Below are positions 44,694 to 53,747 of a stretch of 64,000 nucleotides of DNA, piece after piece. A program made the translations under genes and the position numbers. The notes under the pieces were generated by a model. It searched no databases and was not told the origin of the DNA. It worked only from the letters and a program-made list of their open reading frames with translations. Source of the DNA: a virus. Taxonomy: Duplodnaviria > Caudoviricetes. Position 1 is the first letter of the stretch. Each line of letters starts with the position of its first letter. The stretch spans positions 966-64,965 of the IMG/VR virus record IMGVR_UViG_3300045919_000118. One strand, written 5' to 3'.

Positions 44694-45733
44694 TGGCACG
44701 CATCAGGACCATAAAACCGGAGTTCGCGCAGTCGGAAAGCATCGGGCGAGTGTCCCGTGAAGCGAGACTGTTTTTCATCCTCCTCTGGACCATTTGCGAC
44801 GATACAGGGGTCACTCGCGGGTCCTCGCGAATGCTCGCGAGCCTTCTGTACCCTTACGACGAGGATGCGCCGAGCCTTCTGCGAGGATGGGTCGAGGAAT
44901 TACACGCTGAGGGTTGTATCACCCAATACGAGGTTGACGGCTCAACTTACATCAAGGTCAATAAATGGGCAGATCACCAACGAATTGACAGGCCCACAGC
45001 CTCCAGGTTCCCACAACCACCGAGCGGTCTCGTCGAGCCCTCGTCGAAACCTCGCGAGCCCTCGACGCATCCTCGCGAGCATTCGCGAGCCCTCGACGAG
45101 CCCTCGTCGTTGGAAGGGAAGGGAGTAGACCAAGGACCAAGGACCAAGGAAAGGAAGGGAGTGACGGCTGCCTTCCTCATGGACAAATTTGTCAACGCGA
45201 TGAAGATCACCCACGAACAACTTCTCAGAGCTGGCCAGGGCTGGATCAGCTTCGCCGGGACCTACGACGAGTGGCTCAAGCTCGGCTGCACCGAGGAGGA
45301 CATCTGGCCGACCATCGAACGGGTGGGTATTCCGTTCATCGCCAAGCACGGCCAACCACCCAAGGCTCCGATGTATTTCTCCAAGGCGATTCTGGAGGCC
45401 AGGGACTTCCGGCTGGCCATGCCAGCCCCAGCACCCAAGGCCGAGCGCATCCCGGTGCCTGGTCGCGCTGGGACCACAACGCCCGGAATGCTCGACACGG
45501 TTGTGCGGCTGTACATCGATGGTGGCACCTGGGAGATGAGCCTCAGCGAGGCGCTTCCGTTCATGCCTGAGTTCACGTTCCCGGAGCCCTGGTGCAGCCA
45601 GCTCAAAGAGGCTCCGATTCCGAGGTCGCTGAAGCTGTTCTATTTGACCGACAACAGCACTCGTCCGAGCGAGCGGGATGCGAGGCCGATCCTGGAGGCT
45701 CACCGCAAGGCGCTCAACCTGGTGGAGGCGTAA
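44693..45733 (+). CDS. Phage replication initiator protein
   Basis: MARIRTIKPEF, ARLFFI.LWT.CDD.G, W..HQRIDRP; internal iteron-like repeats. Confidence 0.8.
   Translation: MARIRTIKPEFAQSESIGRVSREARLFFILLWTICDDTGVTRGSSRMLASLLYPYDEDAPSLLRGWVEELHAEGCITQYEVDGSTYIKVNKWADHQRIDRPTASRFPQPPSGLVEPSSKPREPSTHPREHSRALDEPSSLEGKGVDQGPRTKERKGVTAAFLMDKFVNAMKITHEQLLRAGQGWISFAGTYDEWLKLGCTEEDIWPTIERVGIPFIAKHGQPPKAPMYFSKAILEARDFRLAMPAPAPKAERIPVPGRAGTTTPGMLDTVVRLYIDGGTWEMSLSEALPFMPEFTFPEPWCSQLKEAPIPRSLKLFYLTDNSTRPSERDARPILEAHRKALNLVEA
45029..45109. repeat. Iteron-like repeat cluster (putative replication origin)
   Basis: Repeated CTCG(T/A/C)CGAG / CGAGCCCTCG units inside the initiator gene linker. Confidence 0.65.
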
Positions 45734-46426
45734 ATGGCAGTCAAACGTCCGAAGAACCTTCGGGATAGGCCGCCACAGCCCACAGGAGGGCGTGGGCTGG
45801 CGAAAGACAGGGGGGCAGCCACCACCCTACCAGGATGGGCCGATGGCCTGTCAGATCGCGAATACTCGTTCGTAGAGGCCTATCTAGCAAATCTGCGACT
45901 TTTCGAGGCTGCGGTCGCTGCGGGCTATGCCAAATCGTGTGCCCAGCGGGTGGCCTGGGAGCTCATCCGGAAGCCCCACATTCGGGAGGCTGTAGACCAG
46001 GCCCTGGCCGAGCGGTTTTCGAGTGGCAAGGCGAGCATCGTGGATGGCCTCGCCAAGATGGCATTCTTCAACCCCGGAAACGTCCTGTCCTGGGACGCCA
46101 AAGGTCTCAAGCTGAAGCCCTCGAACAAGCTCACCGCGGCCGACTGGGCAGGCATCGAGAGCGTCAAGATGGCCAAGGACGGGTCCGTCGAGGTGCGGTT
46201 TGTTGACCGGCTCATGGCCCTGGAGAAGCTCGCCAAGGTGTCGGGCATCATGCGGGAGCTTCCGGAATCTGTGGATACTCCGAACGTGCAGTTCATCATC
46301 GGTGACCCGGAACCAGTGCTTCAGCGGTACAGGGCTGAGCGTGCCAGGCAGATTGAGCAGGCCAGGGAGGTTGACACGGTTACTGTACCGGGCGAGCATA
46401 CAGACCTGGAGATTAGAAAACCGTGA
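45734..46426 (+). CDS. terS: Terminase small subunit
   Basis: LSDRE..FVEAYL.....AAVAAGY...A...A.EL..KPHI..A; L.KMAF; DR..ALEKL. Confidence 0.8.
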   Translation: MAVKRPKNLRDRPPQPTGGRGLAKDRGAATTLPGWADGLSDREYSFVEAYLANLRLFEAAVAAGYAKSCAQRVAWELIRKPHIREAVDQALAERFSSGKASIVDGLAKMAFFNPGNVLSWDAKGLKLKPSNKLTAADWAGIESVKMAKDGSVEVRFVDRLMALEKLAKVSGIMRELPESVDTPNVQFIIGDPEPVLQRYRAERARQIEQAREVDTVTVPGEHTDLEIRKP

Positions 46427-46617
46427 CTGCCATCCTCTTCTCGGCCCTTGCCACCCCCATCCTCATCCTCGTGTTCTTCGACTGGCTCCAGCGGAGTGAT
46501 CAGGAGGAAGGGGTCCATCCCTCACCCGTCACCAACCTCATCACAGCCATCGCGACGGTGGTTGGGATGTGGGGCCTGGCGACGTTCATCCAGTGGATCA
46601 TCGGAGCGCCGAAGTGA
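46423..46617 (+). CDS. Small membrane protein
   Basis: Two hydrophobic segments; coupled start. Confidence 0.45.
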   Translation: MTAILFSALATPILILVFFDWLQRSDQEEGVHPSPVTNLITAIATVVGMWGLATFIQWIIGAPK

Positions 46618-46928
46618 CCAGGCAGCCAGACCTGTTCGACGCCATCAGCGCGCGTGACGCCGCCCTTGACCGGGTAGCCGACAACGCTGGGGGCTTCATG
46701 TCGGACGCCCTGGCTGCCATCCGTCACCTGCCACCAGGGCGCATGACCGGCGAGGACATCCGCAAGGCGCTGACCGACCTGGACATCGCGCCCCACCATC
46801 ACAACGCCTGGGGTGCGCTGATCATGGCCGCAGTCCGAGGCAAGCTCCTGACCCCCACCAACGACTTCACCCACATGCGGGGAGGTCGGTCGCATGGCCG
46901 CATGACCCGCATCTACGAGAAAGCCTGA
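46614..46928 (+). CDS. Hypothetical protein (winged-helix-like)
   Basis: TGEDIR...PHHHNAWGA...SHGR motif common in phages. Confidence 0.55.
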   Translation: MTRQPDLFDAISARDAALDRVADNAGGFMSDALAAIRHLPPGRMTGEDIRKALTDLDIAPHHHNAWGALIMAAVRGKLLTPTNDFTHMRGGRSHGRMTRIYEKA

Positions 46929-46931
46929 CCA

Positions 46932-47099
46932 ATGAAATACATCCTCATCCTCGCCTACTCCCTGAACGGGCACGGCGCGTCCATCGACCACATCGAGTTC
47001 CCGACCCGGGTCTCCTGCGAGACCGCTGGCAAGGCCTTCGTCGACAAGCTCGACGGCTTCTTGACGTCGGCCTACTTCGTCTGCGTGGTGCGCCCATGA
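46932..47099 (+). CDS. Small hypothetical protein (55 aa)
   Basis: Hand translation MKYILILAYSLNG...EFPTRVSCETAG...FVCV; ATGA overlap with the next gene. Confidence 0.5.
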   Translation: MKYILILAYSLNGHGASIDHIEFPTRVSCETAGKAFVDKLDGFLTSAYFVCVVRP

Positions 47100-47419
47100 C
47101 CTTCAATGTCCCGGAAGACTGGGAGCCAGACGATGATGACGATCACGTTCCCACCCTCGATCTGGACGAGATCGCTTCTTACTACAACGAAGCCGAGGAG
47201 AAGCTCATGGGCTTCCGGCGCAGGTTCGGGAAGGAAGATCGCGCCCTCATACGGCGCGGTGCGCTGAGGCGGGTCGTCGAGTTCCTGCGGGACGAGATGT
47301 TGTGGACTATGGACCTCAACGACGATGACTACCTCGATAGGGAAGAGATCGAGGAATGGTTCAACAAAATCCTGGGAGAGGTTCCTATGCCAGAGGAGAG
47401 TGCCGATGACCCTTGCTGA
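47096..47419 (+). CDS. Hypothetical protein (RxVVExLRD family)
   Basis: Acidic 107-aa ORF containing GALRRVVEFLRDEM. Confidence 0.55.
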   Translation: MTFNVPEDWEPDDDDDHVPTLDLDEIASYYNEAEEKLMGFRRRFGKEDRALIRRGALRRVVEFLRDEMLWTMDLNDDDYLDREEIEEWFNKILGEVPMPEESADDPC

Positions 47420-47624
47420 CCTGATCAAGGCCTACCACGACGCCTACGCCAAGAGCATTCCCTTCGTCCAGGCGGAGCGGGCTGGCATGCGTGCCGTCGT
47501 CGAGATGATCCGCGACGACATGCACCTGCTCCACGACACGGGCATGTACTTCGATGGCATCCTGGGGCCCATCGAGCCCATCGAGCCAGGCGTGACGTTC
47601 GTCCATACGGGGCCGATCCGATGA
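47406..47624 (+). CDS. Hypothetical protein (RxVVExLRD family)
   Basis: Contains GMRAVVEMIRDDM; GAGGAG RBS. Confidence 0.55.
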   Translation: MTLADLIKAYHDAYAKSIPFVQAERAGMRAVVEMIRDDMHLLHDTGMYFDGILGPIEPIEPGVTFVHTGPIR

Positions 47625-48181
47625 CTTTCGATGACCTGATGATTGTGTTCAAGAATGCCGCCAGGAAGGGCATGTCCTACGGCGAGTACAACCATGATCA
47701 GGGTGTCAGAGCCGTCGTGGAGGCGCTGCGTGACGAATTCATCGTCGCCGCGGCGTCAGGCATGGCCGCCGCCCCGCACATCAACACCGGCATCGTCTCA
47801 CCTGGCGTCGTCGAGAAGATCGCGGACAAGATCGTCGCCGACCTCATCACGCTGGAGGAGCTGGCCGACTTCGTGAACACCCCTGGCAAGAACTTCATCG
47901 CGATTGCGGAGGCGACACCTGACGACGACCCCTCGTTCGAGGCGCTCGTGCGGTTGTTGCGCCAGGGGCTGGATGGCTCGATCCACCAGTTGGCGGCCGA
48001 TGCCATCGAGGAGCTGCTGCGCCGACCGCTCATCCCTGGCTCTGCCGACGGTGGCTACCTCACGCACCTGGAGGGCGAAGTTAAGCGGCTCCAGGGGGAG
48101 TTGATAGAGAGCCGACGCAACGAGGCATTGGCCAGAGCGGCTATGCCAGCGGGATACACTTTCACGAGGCACAAGACATGA
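47621..48181 (+). CDS. Hypothetical protein (RxVVExLRD family)
   Basis: Contains GVRAVVEALRDEF and AADAIEEL. Confidence 0.55.
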   Translation: MTFDDLMIVFKNAARKGMSYGEYNHDQGVRAVVEALRDEFIVAAASGMAAAPHINTGIVSPGVVEKIADKIVADLITLEELADFVNTPGKNFIAIAEATPDDDPSFEALVRLLRQGLDGSIHQLAADAIEELLRRPLIPGSADGGYLTHLEGEVKRLQGELIESRRNEALARAAMPAGYTFTRHKT

Positions 48182-48450
48182 CCGACGTTCGCAAGCTCAT
48201 CGCGGACACCATTCTCGAAAACTCGTACGACGAGGATGATGGTGAGGACTGGATGTACATGGCAACTGCCATCCAGGACGCCCTCACGGCAGCTGGGCTG
48301 GTGATTGTTCCGAAGGAACTGCTGAAGAAACTGCTCCACGCCAAAGGGGACCACATGACGGCCTGCGACAAGACGATGGGCGACACGCACCCATGCACAT
48401 GCGGAGCCAACGCACTGCGCGCGATGGTGGGGGCAGCACATGGCGAATGA
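48178..48450 (+). CDS. Hypothetical protein
   Basis: Coupled ORF with H...C.......CTCG metal-binding pattern. Confidence 0.5.
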   Translation: MTDVRKLIADTILENSYDEDDGEDWMYMATAIQDALTAAGLVIVPKELLKKLLHAKGDHMTACDKTMGDTHPCTCGANALRAMVGAAHGE

Positions 48451-48622
48451 ATTGGTGGAGAAGGTGAAGCGCATACTGTCCGACAACGAATGTCAGAAAT
48501 ACTCGGTCACTGCCCCTGCTGTCATCAAGGCCGTCGCGGAGTGGCTGAAGGAAGACCTTGGCACCGACTGGTGCGCGACCGGCGATAACCTCTTCCTGAA
48601 GCTCATGAGGGAGATCGAGTGA
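48440..48622 (+). CDS. Hypothetical protein
   Basis: 60-aa coupled ORF. Confidence 0.45.
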   Translation: MANELVEKVKRILSDNECQKYSVTAPAVIKAVAEWLKEDLGTDWCATGDNLFLKLMREIE

Positions 48623-49173
48623 TGAAGACCTATTCCGAGCTGCTGAACGAGCGCAGCGACATCGACGATGAGGACGAGGCCCAGGCAGGCAAGGTGGCAG
48701 GGAACAAGTCCGAGATCGCCCAGGCTAAGCTGCGCCTGGCCGACAAGCTGATCCACGCTGGCCTGATCACGTCGCTCTACGACGGCATGGGCGGCGACTG
48801 GTACGACAACTCCATCGAGCTCTACAACTGCGCCCCTGGCCTGCGCCTGACCGAGGAGATGCAGAAGGTCCTCTTCGACGAGGGCTTCAGCGTGGCCTAC
48901 GTGAACCACACGGACGGCTGGGAGACCCACTACAACTGGGGCAAGGAGTTCGAGAAGGAGCGCGGCTGGCGTCGACGCTGGGTCCATAGCCCAACAGCCA
49001 CGACCACCAATGTCCTGGGCAAGGTCGTCGAGGCGTCCGACCGGGGCTACTACGAAATATCCTACTGGCCCACAGGCTGGCAAGGCCAGGAGGACTGGCT
49101 GACGACCGGCTACATGCGTATCGTGCCTGACCCTTTGGAGGAGACAGTGGATGTCGGACAAACGGTTGACTGA
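48619..49173 (+). CDS. Hypothetical protein
   Basis: 184 aa, Trp/Tyr-rich, phage-like codon usage. Confidence 0.55.
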   Translation: MMKTYSELLNERSDIDDEDEAQAGKVAGNKSEIAQAKLRLADKLIHAGLITSLYDGMGGDWYDNSIELYNCAPGLRLTEEMQKVLFDEGFSVAYVNHTDGWETHYNWGKEFEKERGWRRRWVHSPTATTTNVLGKVVEASDRGYYEISYWPTGWQGQEDWLTTGYMRIVPDPLEETVDVGQTVD

Positions 49174-49393
49174 GATCACGGTGCGCTGGTCGTGGCCCTC
49201 CGAGAAAGGCGTGATCCCGCCAGCCATGCGGGCCAGGTTGCTGGAGGCTGCGAAGAGCGGTGACATGCTGGTCCTGGACTTACTGGCTGACGCGATTAGA
49301 GAAGTGAGAACCCTGTACTCCGATGCGGGGTACGATCCCAGGGCGTATGAACCAGACCTGATGAAGGAGCCAGACGATGAGAAAGTATGCTGA
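49151..49393 (+). CDS. Hypothetical protein
   Basis: 80 aa, GGAGGAG RBS. Confidence 0.5.
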   Translation: MSDKRLTEITVRWSWPSEKGVIPPAMRARLLEAAKSGDMLVLDLLADAIREVRTLYSDAGYDPRAYEPDLMKEPDDEKVC

Positions 49394-49862
49394 CGAGTTC
49401 GACCTGCCGGTGGTCTCGGAGACCCCTATGACCCCTATGCGGAAGGTCAGGCACGGTGCGCCCGTGTTCGACTACACCGAGGTGGCCCGCAAGGAACACG
49501 AGGCCGTCAAGGCCCTGGTGAAGAAGACGGACCGCGAGCACATGGAGGCTGTGATCGAGCGGCGGCTGTCGATGTCGTTCCCTGACGTGATCAACACGTT
49601 GCAGAGCGACGTCCTGGTCCACAGTGCGACCAAGATGGCGAAGCTGATCGAGGAGGATTTGACGCGGCTGTATCAGCAGCGCCAGTCGACCTGGATCGAT
49701 GAGGTCCGTGAGCGTCCCTGGGGCCCGACCAGGGAGCAGGCCTTCGCGATCACGTACGAGCTCAACCGGCTGCGGAAGGCAGACGCCACCATCCAGGTCG
49801 GCAGCGAGGACACCATCATGGAGTCGTTCCGCCTGCCGCAGTTCAGCTACTTCGGGTGCTGA
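49377..49862 (+). CDS. Hypothetical protein
   Basis: 161 aa, AAGGAG RBS. Confidence 0.55.
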   Translation: MRKYADEFDLPVVSETPMTPMRKVRHGAPVFDYTEVARKEHEAVKALVKKTDREHMEAVIERRLSMSFPDVINTLQSDVLVHSATKMAKLIEEDLTRLYQQRQSTWIDEVRERPWGPTREQAFAITYELNRLRKADATIQVGSEDTIMESFRLPQFSYFGC

Positions 49863-50051
49863 ATGTACCAGATCACATTCGAGCTGCCGGTGGTGTGCGG
49901 TACTCACGGGGCTCGCATGTGGGTCGAGGTCGACAACTGCGCCACTGAGGGCTTGTGGGTGAGCTTCCACACCGAGGGCTACACCGTCATGGTGCCAGTC
50001 GAGCGCATCCGCTCCATCGTCTACAAGCCAACACCAAAGGCAGCCCCGTGA
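49863..50051 (+). CDS. Hypothetical protein
   Basis: 62-aa ORF abutting both neighbours. Confidence 0.45.
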   Translation: MYQITFELPVVCGTHGARMWVEVDNCATEGLWVSFHTEGYTVMVPVERIRSIVYKPTPKAAP

Positions 50052-50174
50052 TGGACATCGCCAAGCGCATCAGAGCCAAGTGCCTGTGCCACATGAAGAT
50101 CGAAGTGCCGTGCCTGTACTGCCAAGCCTCAGCGGAGATCATCCGGCTCCGCGCAACCCAGAAGGAATCGCTGC

Positions 50175-50435
50175 ATGAACTTTTCAATGGCCCTGGTTCT
50201 ACTGAAGGAGAAGCAGCGCCTGGCGCGCGAAGGCTGGAACGGCAAGGGAATGTACGTCTACCTCGTGGCTGGCTCGACCTTCGCTGTGAACAGGCCACCG
50301 CTGCTTGGGCTTTTACCGGAGGGGACGGAGGTGCAGTACCGGCCGCACCTGGATATGAGAACAGCGGATGGACAGTTCGTACCGTGGGTAGCCTCCCAGA
50401 GCGATCTCCTGGCGGAGGACTGGATCACGGTCTAG
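50175..50435 (+). CDS. DUF2829 / Tad2-like anti-Thoeris sponge protein
   Basis: MNFS.AL..LK....AREGWNGKGMY.YL...VPWVASQSDLLAEDW signature. Confidence 0.85.
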   Translation: MNFSMALVLLKEKQRLAREGWNGKGMYVYLVAGSTFAVNRPPLLGLLPEGTEVQYRPHLDMRTADGQFVPWVASQSDLLAEDWITV

Positions 50436-50588
50436 CCGAGCACGCGGCCAACCTGGAGGCCGATGTGCAAAAGCTCATAGGAGTCATTGACCTGTACCAG
50501 TCCCGTATAGGCTCCTTGATCGAGGCCATTGCCCGAGTCGACGTAGCACTCGACATGGGCAAGACGGTCATCAACACGGAGCTGAACC

Positions 50589-50981
50589 ATGAGCCTATAC
50601 GAGTATCGCTGCGAGGTGAGGCGGGTAGTTGACGGAGACACCTTGGTCGCCGACATCGACCTGGGCCTCTACGTGAACATCCGCAAGACGGTCAGAATGT
50701 TGGGCTACAATGCCCCCGAGCTCTTCCCTGGCCACTACAAGACCAAGGATGAGCACGACATGGGCAAGCTGGCCAAGGAGCACCTGGAAGGTCTCCTGGC
50801 TGGCCACCACGTCAACATCACCACGACCCTGGACAAGGACGACAAGTACGGTCGCGTCCTGGGCTCACTGTTCCTCACCGACACCCTGGTAGACGTCAAC
50901 GCCGAGATGCTGGCCTTCACCCTGGCCCAGTGGCGCGCGCTCCATCAGCTCTCCCCGCTCATCTACCCGGAGGTCCCGTGA
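50589..50981 (+). CDS. Thermonuclease (SNase-like)
   Basis: YEY...V.RVVDGDT...DIDLG...R..G.NAPE...DKYGRVLG. Confidence 0.85.
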   Translation: MSLYEYRCEVRRVVDGDTLVADIDLGLYVNIRKTVRMLGYNAPELFPGHYKTKDEHDMGKLAKEHLEGLLAGHHVNITTTLDKDDKYGRVLGSLFLTDTLVDVNAEMLAFTLAQWRALHQLSPLIYPEVP

Positions 50982-51265
50982 TGCTGAAGTTCGACGGCTA
51001 TGACACCTGCCTGATCGGTGTCGCCACAGTCTGGCACCCCGACGGCTCCAGGGTGGATCGCCTGGTCTACGACGGCGAGCGCATGCTGGAACAGCTCCTG
51101 GAGGAGGACGGCGACCTGTCCACGGACGACGCGCTGGAGCACATCTCGTTCAACATCGAGGGGGCCTACGTCGGCCCGACCACGCCGATCATCGTGTGGC
51201 CTGAAGAGATGGAGTCCGTGGACGCCAGGGCCGATGAAGTAGACGACGGCACCCATACGGCTTGA
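50978..51265 (+). CDS. Conserved phage protein
   Basis: DGYD..LIG...YD...A.EHI.FNI.GAYVG..TPI motif. Confidence 0.6.
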   Translation: MMLKFDGYDTCLIGVATVWHPDGSRVDRLVYDGERMLEQLLEEDGDLSTDDALEHISFNIEGAYVGPTTPIIVWPEEMESVDARADEVDDGTHTA

Positions 51266-51295
51266 CAGCACAAGCCGCGGCCTCTACCTGTACTG
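51262..51295 (+). promoter_or_regulatory. Sigma70-like promoter with TGTACTG
   Basis: TTGACA-17-TACCTG(TACTG), followed by GCCGGGC-GATGG-GCCCGGC hairpin. Confidence 0.6.
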
Positions 51296-51345
51296 GATAG
51301 CCGGGCGATGGGCCCGGCCGATACCAGGGCAGGAGGCCCAACTGA

Positions 51346-51996
51346 ATGCAAAACTACAAGCGCGTGATGGTCGTCATCAACGGTGACGTCTATCGCCTCT
51401 ACAGTCACGAGTGGCACGAGTTCTGTCTGGCCCGCGCGAGCGGCGACAAGACCCGCGTCAAGAGCATGGGTGGCTACAAGATCACCAAGCTCAAGAAGCC
51501 ATTCTACTTCGGCGGCAAGGACAAGGCCATCGTCATGTCCATGAAGCCATTGGAGTTCCCGGTCTTCCGGATCGCCGGTTGGACGGCTGACGATTTCCAG
51601 GCTGAGCTGGACAAGGCCCCGTCGCCGATCCTGGACGAGCAGCCTGAAACCACCTCTGACCGCGACCTGGTCACGATGATGCAGGATGGCACCGACAAGC
51701 CGATCTCCATTGCCACCATCAGTCCGTTGGCCACACCTGATCGCGTCCGTCTCCTGGCCACGGCCAAGGACGCTGCGATGGACGCCAACAACGAGATCGT
51801 CGAGCTCTACGGTCGCAACTGGGGTTCGGTCCTCAGCCGCTCCCAGCGTGACGCCTTCCGTGCCAAGGCCGCCCTGGCTGACCTGCGTACCAGGCTGTCG
51901 GGTGAGGCCAACCAGGGCAACGTGGCCTGCGCCGACTTGCTGAAGTTCAGCGAGCTGTTCGTCCACGCCCTGGAGATCATCCAGGAGGACCGATGA
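51346..51996 (+). CDS. Hypothetical protein
   Basis: 216 aa, AGGAGG RBS, own promoter. Confidence 0.6.
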   Translation: MQNYKRVMVVINGDVYRLYSHEWHEFCLARASGDKTRVKSMGGYKITKLKKPFYFGGKDKAIVMSMKPLEFPVFRIAGWTADDFQAELDKAPSPILDEQPETTSDRDLVTMMQDGTDKPISIATISPLATPDRVRLLATAKDAAMDANNEIVELYGRNWGSVLSRSQRDAFRAKAALADLRTRLSGEANQGNVACADLLKFSELFVHALEIIQEDR

Positions 51997-52253
51997 AACC
52001 AGAGCTCTCGCAAGCGGAGCGGAGGTCTGCCATCTTCCGGCGGGCAGGCCTTACGCTTTACGGCCCCAGGTACAGGAGCGAGCTGGCAAGACTGCTGTTG
52101 GTCAGCCCGCGGGTAATTCGGAGGTGGGAAGCGACCCAGGCACCGATCCCGGACAATGTCCTGGGCGAGGTGTTCGAGGCCATCAAGGAGAAGGGCCACA
52201 TGGTCAACTTCCTGTTGGAAGCGTTCCTCAAGGAACTGATCAAGCACAAATAA
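51993..52253 (+). CDS. HTH DNA-binding protein
   Basis: LYGPRY.SELARLL.VSPR.IRRW. Confidence 0.65.
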   Translation: MKPELSQAERRSAIFRRAGLTLYGPRYRSELARLLLVSPRVIRRWEATQAPIPDNVLGEVFEAIKEKGHMVNFLLEAFLKELIKHK

Positions 52254-52280
52254 AAAGGGGGGCCATCGAGCCCCCCCTTT
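52252..52280. terminator. Bidirectional intrinsic terminator
   Basis: AAAAAGGGGGGC-CATCGA-GCCCCCCCTTT between convergent genes. Confidence 0.65.
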
Positions 52281-52306
52281 CCATTCGCGCACTTCTGGTA
52301 AGGTCT

Positions 52307-52906
52307 TCAGTTCATATCAAACGTCGCCTGGAGCACCAAGGACTGGTTGCCTCCGGCGTTGCTGAAGGGCCCCAGGCCGATGTCCGGGGCGTCGAGGTAG
52401 CGATACCCCAGGCCGACCTGGACGCCGTCTGCGACCGTCGTATTGACCCCTGCACCCACCTGCCAGACGATGCCCGTGTTCTCAAGCTGCAACGCCGAGA
52501 GGGACAGGGCCTTCAGCGAGATGTCGCGCTTGCCGACACCCACACCTGCCAGGGCGTACGGATGGACCGGTCCCAGGGCGAGCGGGAGGTCATAGACGGC
52601 ATTGCCCATGACGGCCCAGGTCTCGTCCCTGGCGGCGAGCTGGTAGCTGCCCAGGGCGATGCTGAGGTTGTTGGCGCGGTAGCTGGCGTCAGCTTCGACG
52701 CGCAGGCCTGGCACGCTCTTGACCGAGGCCCCGTAGGCAGCGCCGATCACGGTGCCGACGTCCGAGCCAGCGCTCCAGCCGGAGCCGGATTCGTTGGTGT
52801 CGTTCCAGTTCGCGCCACCGTAGGCAGTCACGTAAAAGCCATCTGCCAGGGCAGGCGAAGCCAGGGCAGCAGTCATGCAAAGCACAGCCAGGATTGTCCT
52901 CATCAT
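52307..52906 (-). CDS. Outer-membrane beta-barrel protein (OmpA-TM/Ail-like)
   Basis: Signal peptide ending ALA-D, G.YV..YGG.N, GLRVEA..SYR.N, MGNAVYD, PY..AGVG, WQVGAGV, LGYRY. Confidence 0.85.
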   Translation of the reverse strand: MMRTILAVLCMTAALASPALADGFYVTAYGGANWNDTNESGSGWSAGSDVGTVIGAAYGASVKSVPGLRVEADASYRANNLSIALGSYQLAARDETWAVMGNAVYDLPLALGPVHPYALAGVGVGKRDISLKALSLSALQLENTGIVWQVGAGVNTTVADGVQVGLGYRYLDAPDIGLGPFSNAGGNQSLVLQATFDMN

Positions 52907-52989
52907 TGCGAGTCTCCATCGTTGAGGTGGCCTGGCTTTTGGCACAGGGATGGTTAAAAGGCCAGAAGTGCGGCTGAGGAGTACAGTGG

Positions 52990-53337
52990 ATGACCGACCG
53001 TGGGATGTGCCAGGCTGTGGTGAACGGGCGGGACGGTCCCAGGCCCTGCTCGAACACGGCCAAGGCTGGATTCGAGGGCAAGTGGTACTGCATGACCCAC
53101 CACCAGCCGTCGATGGATTTCCGCGAGGAGCAGAAGGCCCTGGCCAAGCAGCAGAAGTGGAGGGATGTCACGTCCAGGCAGATCGAGCAGTCCCTGGCCA
53201 GCCAGGCGTTGCGGATCGTGCGGGTGATCTCGGAGTCGTCGAGCTCGCAGCTCAGCCCCAAGCTCCAGGGGGCGCACCGTGACGCGATCAAGCTGATCAC
53301 GGTGCTGGATAACAGGCTGGCCGCCTTAAAGCGCTGA
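52990..53337 (+). CDS. Hypothetical protein with C-C-C-H zinc-finger-like N-terminus
   Basis: CQA...PC.N.A.......YCMTH; GAGGAG RBS. Confidence 0.55.
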   Translation: MTDRGMCQAVVNGRDGPRPCSNTAKAGFEGKWYCMTHHQPSMDFREEQKALAKQQKWRDVTSRQIEQSLASQALRIVRVISESSSSQLSPKLQGAHRDAIKLITVLDNRLAALKR

Positions 53338-53532
53338 CCAGGCCTCTGTGAGGCTGTAGCTGCCGCCCTCGTAGAGGTCGACCCGGTAGCCGTCCACGTA
53401 GACGAACCAGCAGGCGTCGCAGACGCTGAAGCCGACCCGTCGGCGGAAGCTGAGGTAGCTCAGTCCCCGCCTGACGTAGTTGTTGTAGATGTGGGCCAGC
53501 GATTCTCGCGCTGGCCGATCCATCGTTCTCAT
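53326..53532 (-). CDS. Hypothetical protein
   Basis: AGGAGG RBS; SYLSFRRRV motif. Confidence 0.55.
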   Translation of the reverse strand: MRTMDRPARESLAHIYNNYVRRGLSYLSFRRRVGFSVCDACWFVYVDGYRVDLYEGGSYSLTEAWSAL

Positions 53533-53747
53533 AGCAGCTCCTCCTTCGGGATGCTGGGGTCCAGGCCGCTGAAGTGTCGGGCCTGGCCGGTGAAGGCTCG
53601 GCCCTCCAGGAACTCGCCATCGAAGGTCGAAGCCAGGGCCACAGCCGTCACCTTGACGTTCCGGCTCATGGCACCCCTGGCGCTCCACCAGGAGAGCACC
53701 TCAACGGGCACGATGTGACCGCTGAGGCTGTGGTAATGCACGGTCAT
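53529..53747 (-). CDS. Hypothetical protein
   Basis: 72-aa coupled ORF. Confidence 0.5.
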   Translation of the reverse strand: MTVHYHSLSGHIVPVEVLSWWSARGAMSRNVKVTAVALASTFDGEFLEGRAFTGQARHFSGLDPSIPKEELL

